Positions 45,860-47,597 of a DNA stretch of 47,597 nucleotides are shown here, piece by piece. The stretch is taken from positions 1 to 47,597 of the forward strand of contig NIVC01004389.1 in NCBI GenBank assembly GCA_002269645.1. Direction: 5' to 3'. Each line of letters opens with the position of its first letter. The first letter of the stretch is position 1. Source of the DNA: Macrostomum lignano. Lineage: Eukaryota. Below the pieces are notes generated by a model, which ran no database searches, was not told the origin of the DNA, and was given only the letters and a program-made list of their open reading frames with translations. The position numbers and the translations under genes were made by a program.

Positions 45860-47500
45860 ATGGTTAATCGCGAACTCAAAAAGCTCAAGATAAATGCTAT
45901 GTTGAAAAGCAAAAGGCAGAGAACCCTATTGCCTTTAATGCTAGAAAGGCAGCTGCAACTAAGCAATATAGTGAAAGAAAGAAGACAAACATGTCTGCCA
46001 GAGAAAAACGTCATCATCAAAAGAAAGATTGGCTACGAAAACGAACCGAAAGAGCAGCCAAAAAAGCTGCTACTAATCCAGCACCATTGATTATAGCAAG
46101 TTTGTCAACTGACAATTTGGATGATGCTGATAATCTCAATTCAACTAGCATTGTGAATGCTAATTCTAGTCCTAGATCAGTTCATTCTGATCCTGTAAGC
46201 ACTATCTCTAGTCCAGCTACTAATAGTGAAAGTGCTTCAACTTTAGCTGCCAGTACTGGAGATGCAAAGTCCACAAATTGAAGTGCTGCAGCCTTTTCTT
46301 GTGAGGCAAAGCATGCAATGGCTAAACGTAAAGAGCTTAAAAGGGAGAACAGTAAGCTTGTTACTAAAGTCTCATGGCTAAAAAAGCGCATGCAATGCCT
46401 GGTAAGCTTGTTTCTCAAATGTTAAATTTTTGTGATTATTAAATAGAATTGATGTACTATGCCCATGGCTACTTTGTTCAAAGACTTGGAATTGACTATC
46501 GAACCCTCAAGGAGACTGACAAAAACAGCATCAGCCTAGCTGCCAGTGCAAAGTTTAAGCGTCAAGTTCTTGTTGAAGAGTTCTTCACATGTGATGACAA
46601 CTCACAAATGACTGCTTCCACAAACGAAACAAAGACGCATAAGGGAAGAAAATGCAGAAGCGTTTTCTTAACTTCTCTATCGATGTTTTGTTTGAGAAGT
46701 TTCAATCTGAACATCCAACCATCTCAATTGGCCATTCAACTTTCTATGCTTTAAGGCCTTTTTATATTGTTTAGCCAAAGCTTAATGACTGTAACATTTG
46801 CCTGTGCATGACGTGCAGCAATCTTGATGTAAGTCGAGTATACTTTTTATCTATTTTTCTCAAATGCACTTTTGTTTAATTCAAAATACGCATTTCATGT
46901 CTTTTAAAAACAGAAAAAAACTTAAGCACCAGCTCATGGAGAGCATCTTGTGTGGCCGCGATGCACCTGCTGCTTGTCTGCTACGAGTGCTTAGAATGCA
47001 GCCAGAAGAGTTTTCTGATTCAATTGACCAACACTGCACCTCTGCGGCTAACCTATTATCAGTGGACCCTGATGTTCAACAAAAATAATTCCAAGTCGAC
47101 TCAGTGCATTCAGGTAGGTTTTTTGCACTATGTTTGCTAATTCAGTTTTAAAGTACCCATTTAAAAGATCATATGCAGCGACTAGTGGTAGATAAAAGTG
47201 TTGACCTTTATTTGAAACAATATATCACAAAAAAGTTCATTGATAGAGATGCGACGACTTGGCTGTGGCATTAAACTCCTTCTAGCTGATGCTGAAGAAG
47301 TACTCTAGCCACTATTACCGCATCAAGCATCAATTTCGTTCATGCGCTCCATCCAATCAACACTGGAGGAAGGTCATGCTGTAGTGGCATGTCAACTTTT
47401 TGGAAATTACACTGGAAAGACAGGCAAAGAGACAACATCCTCACACTACGGTAGTCACACCAAGGTGGTCATCATCATCAGGGCGTGTTGTACATGAAGG
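45860..47500 (+). pseudogene. Decayed, intron-containing DDE-type DNA transposase, truncated by the window end
   Basis: Fragments with stops and frameshifts: basic coiled-coil N-terminus; VEEFFTCDDNSQMTAS..KMQKRFL..FEKFQSEHPTISIGHSTFYALRPFYIV*P..CLCMTCSN; LC..C..C..LTYYQW; and a degenerate DFSENY (AACTTTTTGGAAATTAC)..SHYGSHTKVVIHQGVLY. Donors at GTAAGC 46402, GTAAGT about 46829 and GTAGGT 47113 and 47500. Three GTGGACAA repeats at 21-bp spacing (45311-45360) may be subterminal. Confidence 0.72.
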
Positions 47501-47597
47501 TAGGTATTGTGTAATGCTATGCAATCTTGCCTTTGCCAGCTGTCATCAAATTGCAGCAAGGTTGCTGAAGCTGTGCTGGCACAGCCTTCAGCCAGTT

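Overview
Eukaryotic (animal) genomic DNA with spliceosomal GT-AG introns, not prokaryotic. GC-rich exons sitting among minisatellite-filled introns resemble what I know of the free-living flatworm Macrostomum; this is an unverified inference. Most ORF-track entries are artefacts of tandem repeats. Four host genes can be reconstructed: (1) an X11/Mint/LIN-10-like PTB+2xPDZ adaptor (+ strand, exons 12249-21978, with a 7.8-kb intron holding minisatellites, a SINE and a near-intact mariner); (2) a 129-aa signal-peptide neuropeptide precursor with six xWSSSF-amide copies (- strand, 27606-28135; the signal-peptide exon is missing from the ORF track); (3) an RCC1L/WBSCR16-like gene (- strand); (4) an intronless 4.3-kb CARD/NB-ARC/WD40 Apaf-1-like gene broken by a single missing base (- strand). 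The rest comprises a 10.4-kb array of a 660-662-bp satellite with intron-like splice signals, many mini/microsatellites, two CORE-type tRNA-SINEs, nested MITE/foldback elements and a decayed, intron-containing DDE transposase at the right end. The best novelty candidates are the WSSSFamide precursor and the intronless, compositionally atypical Apaf-1.
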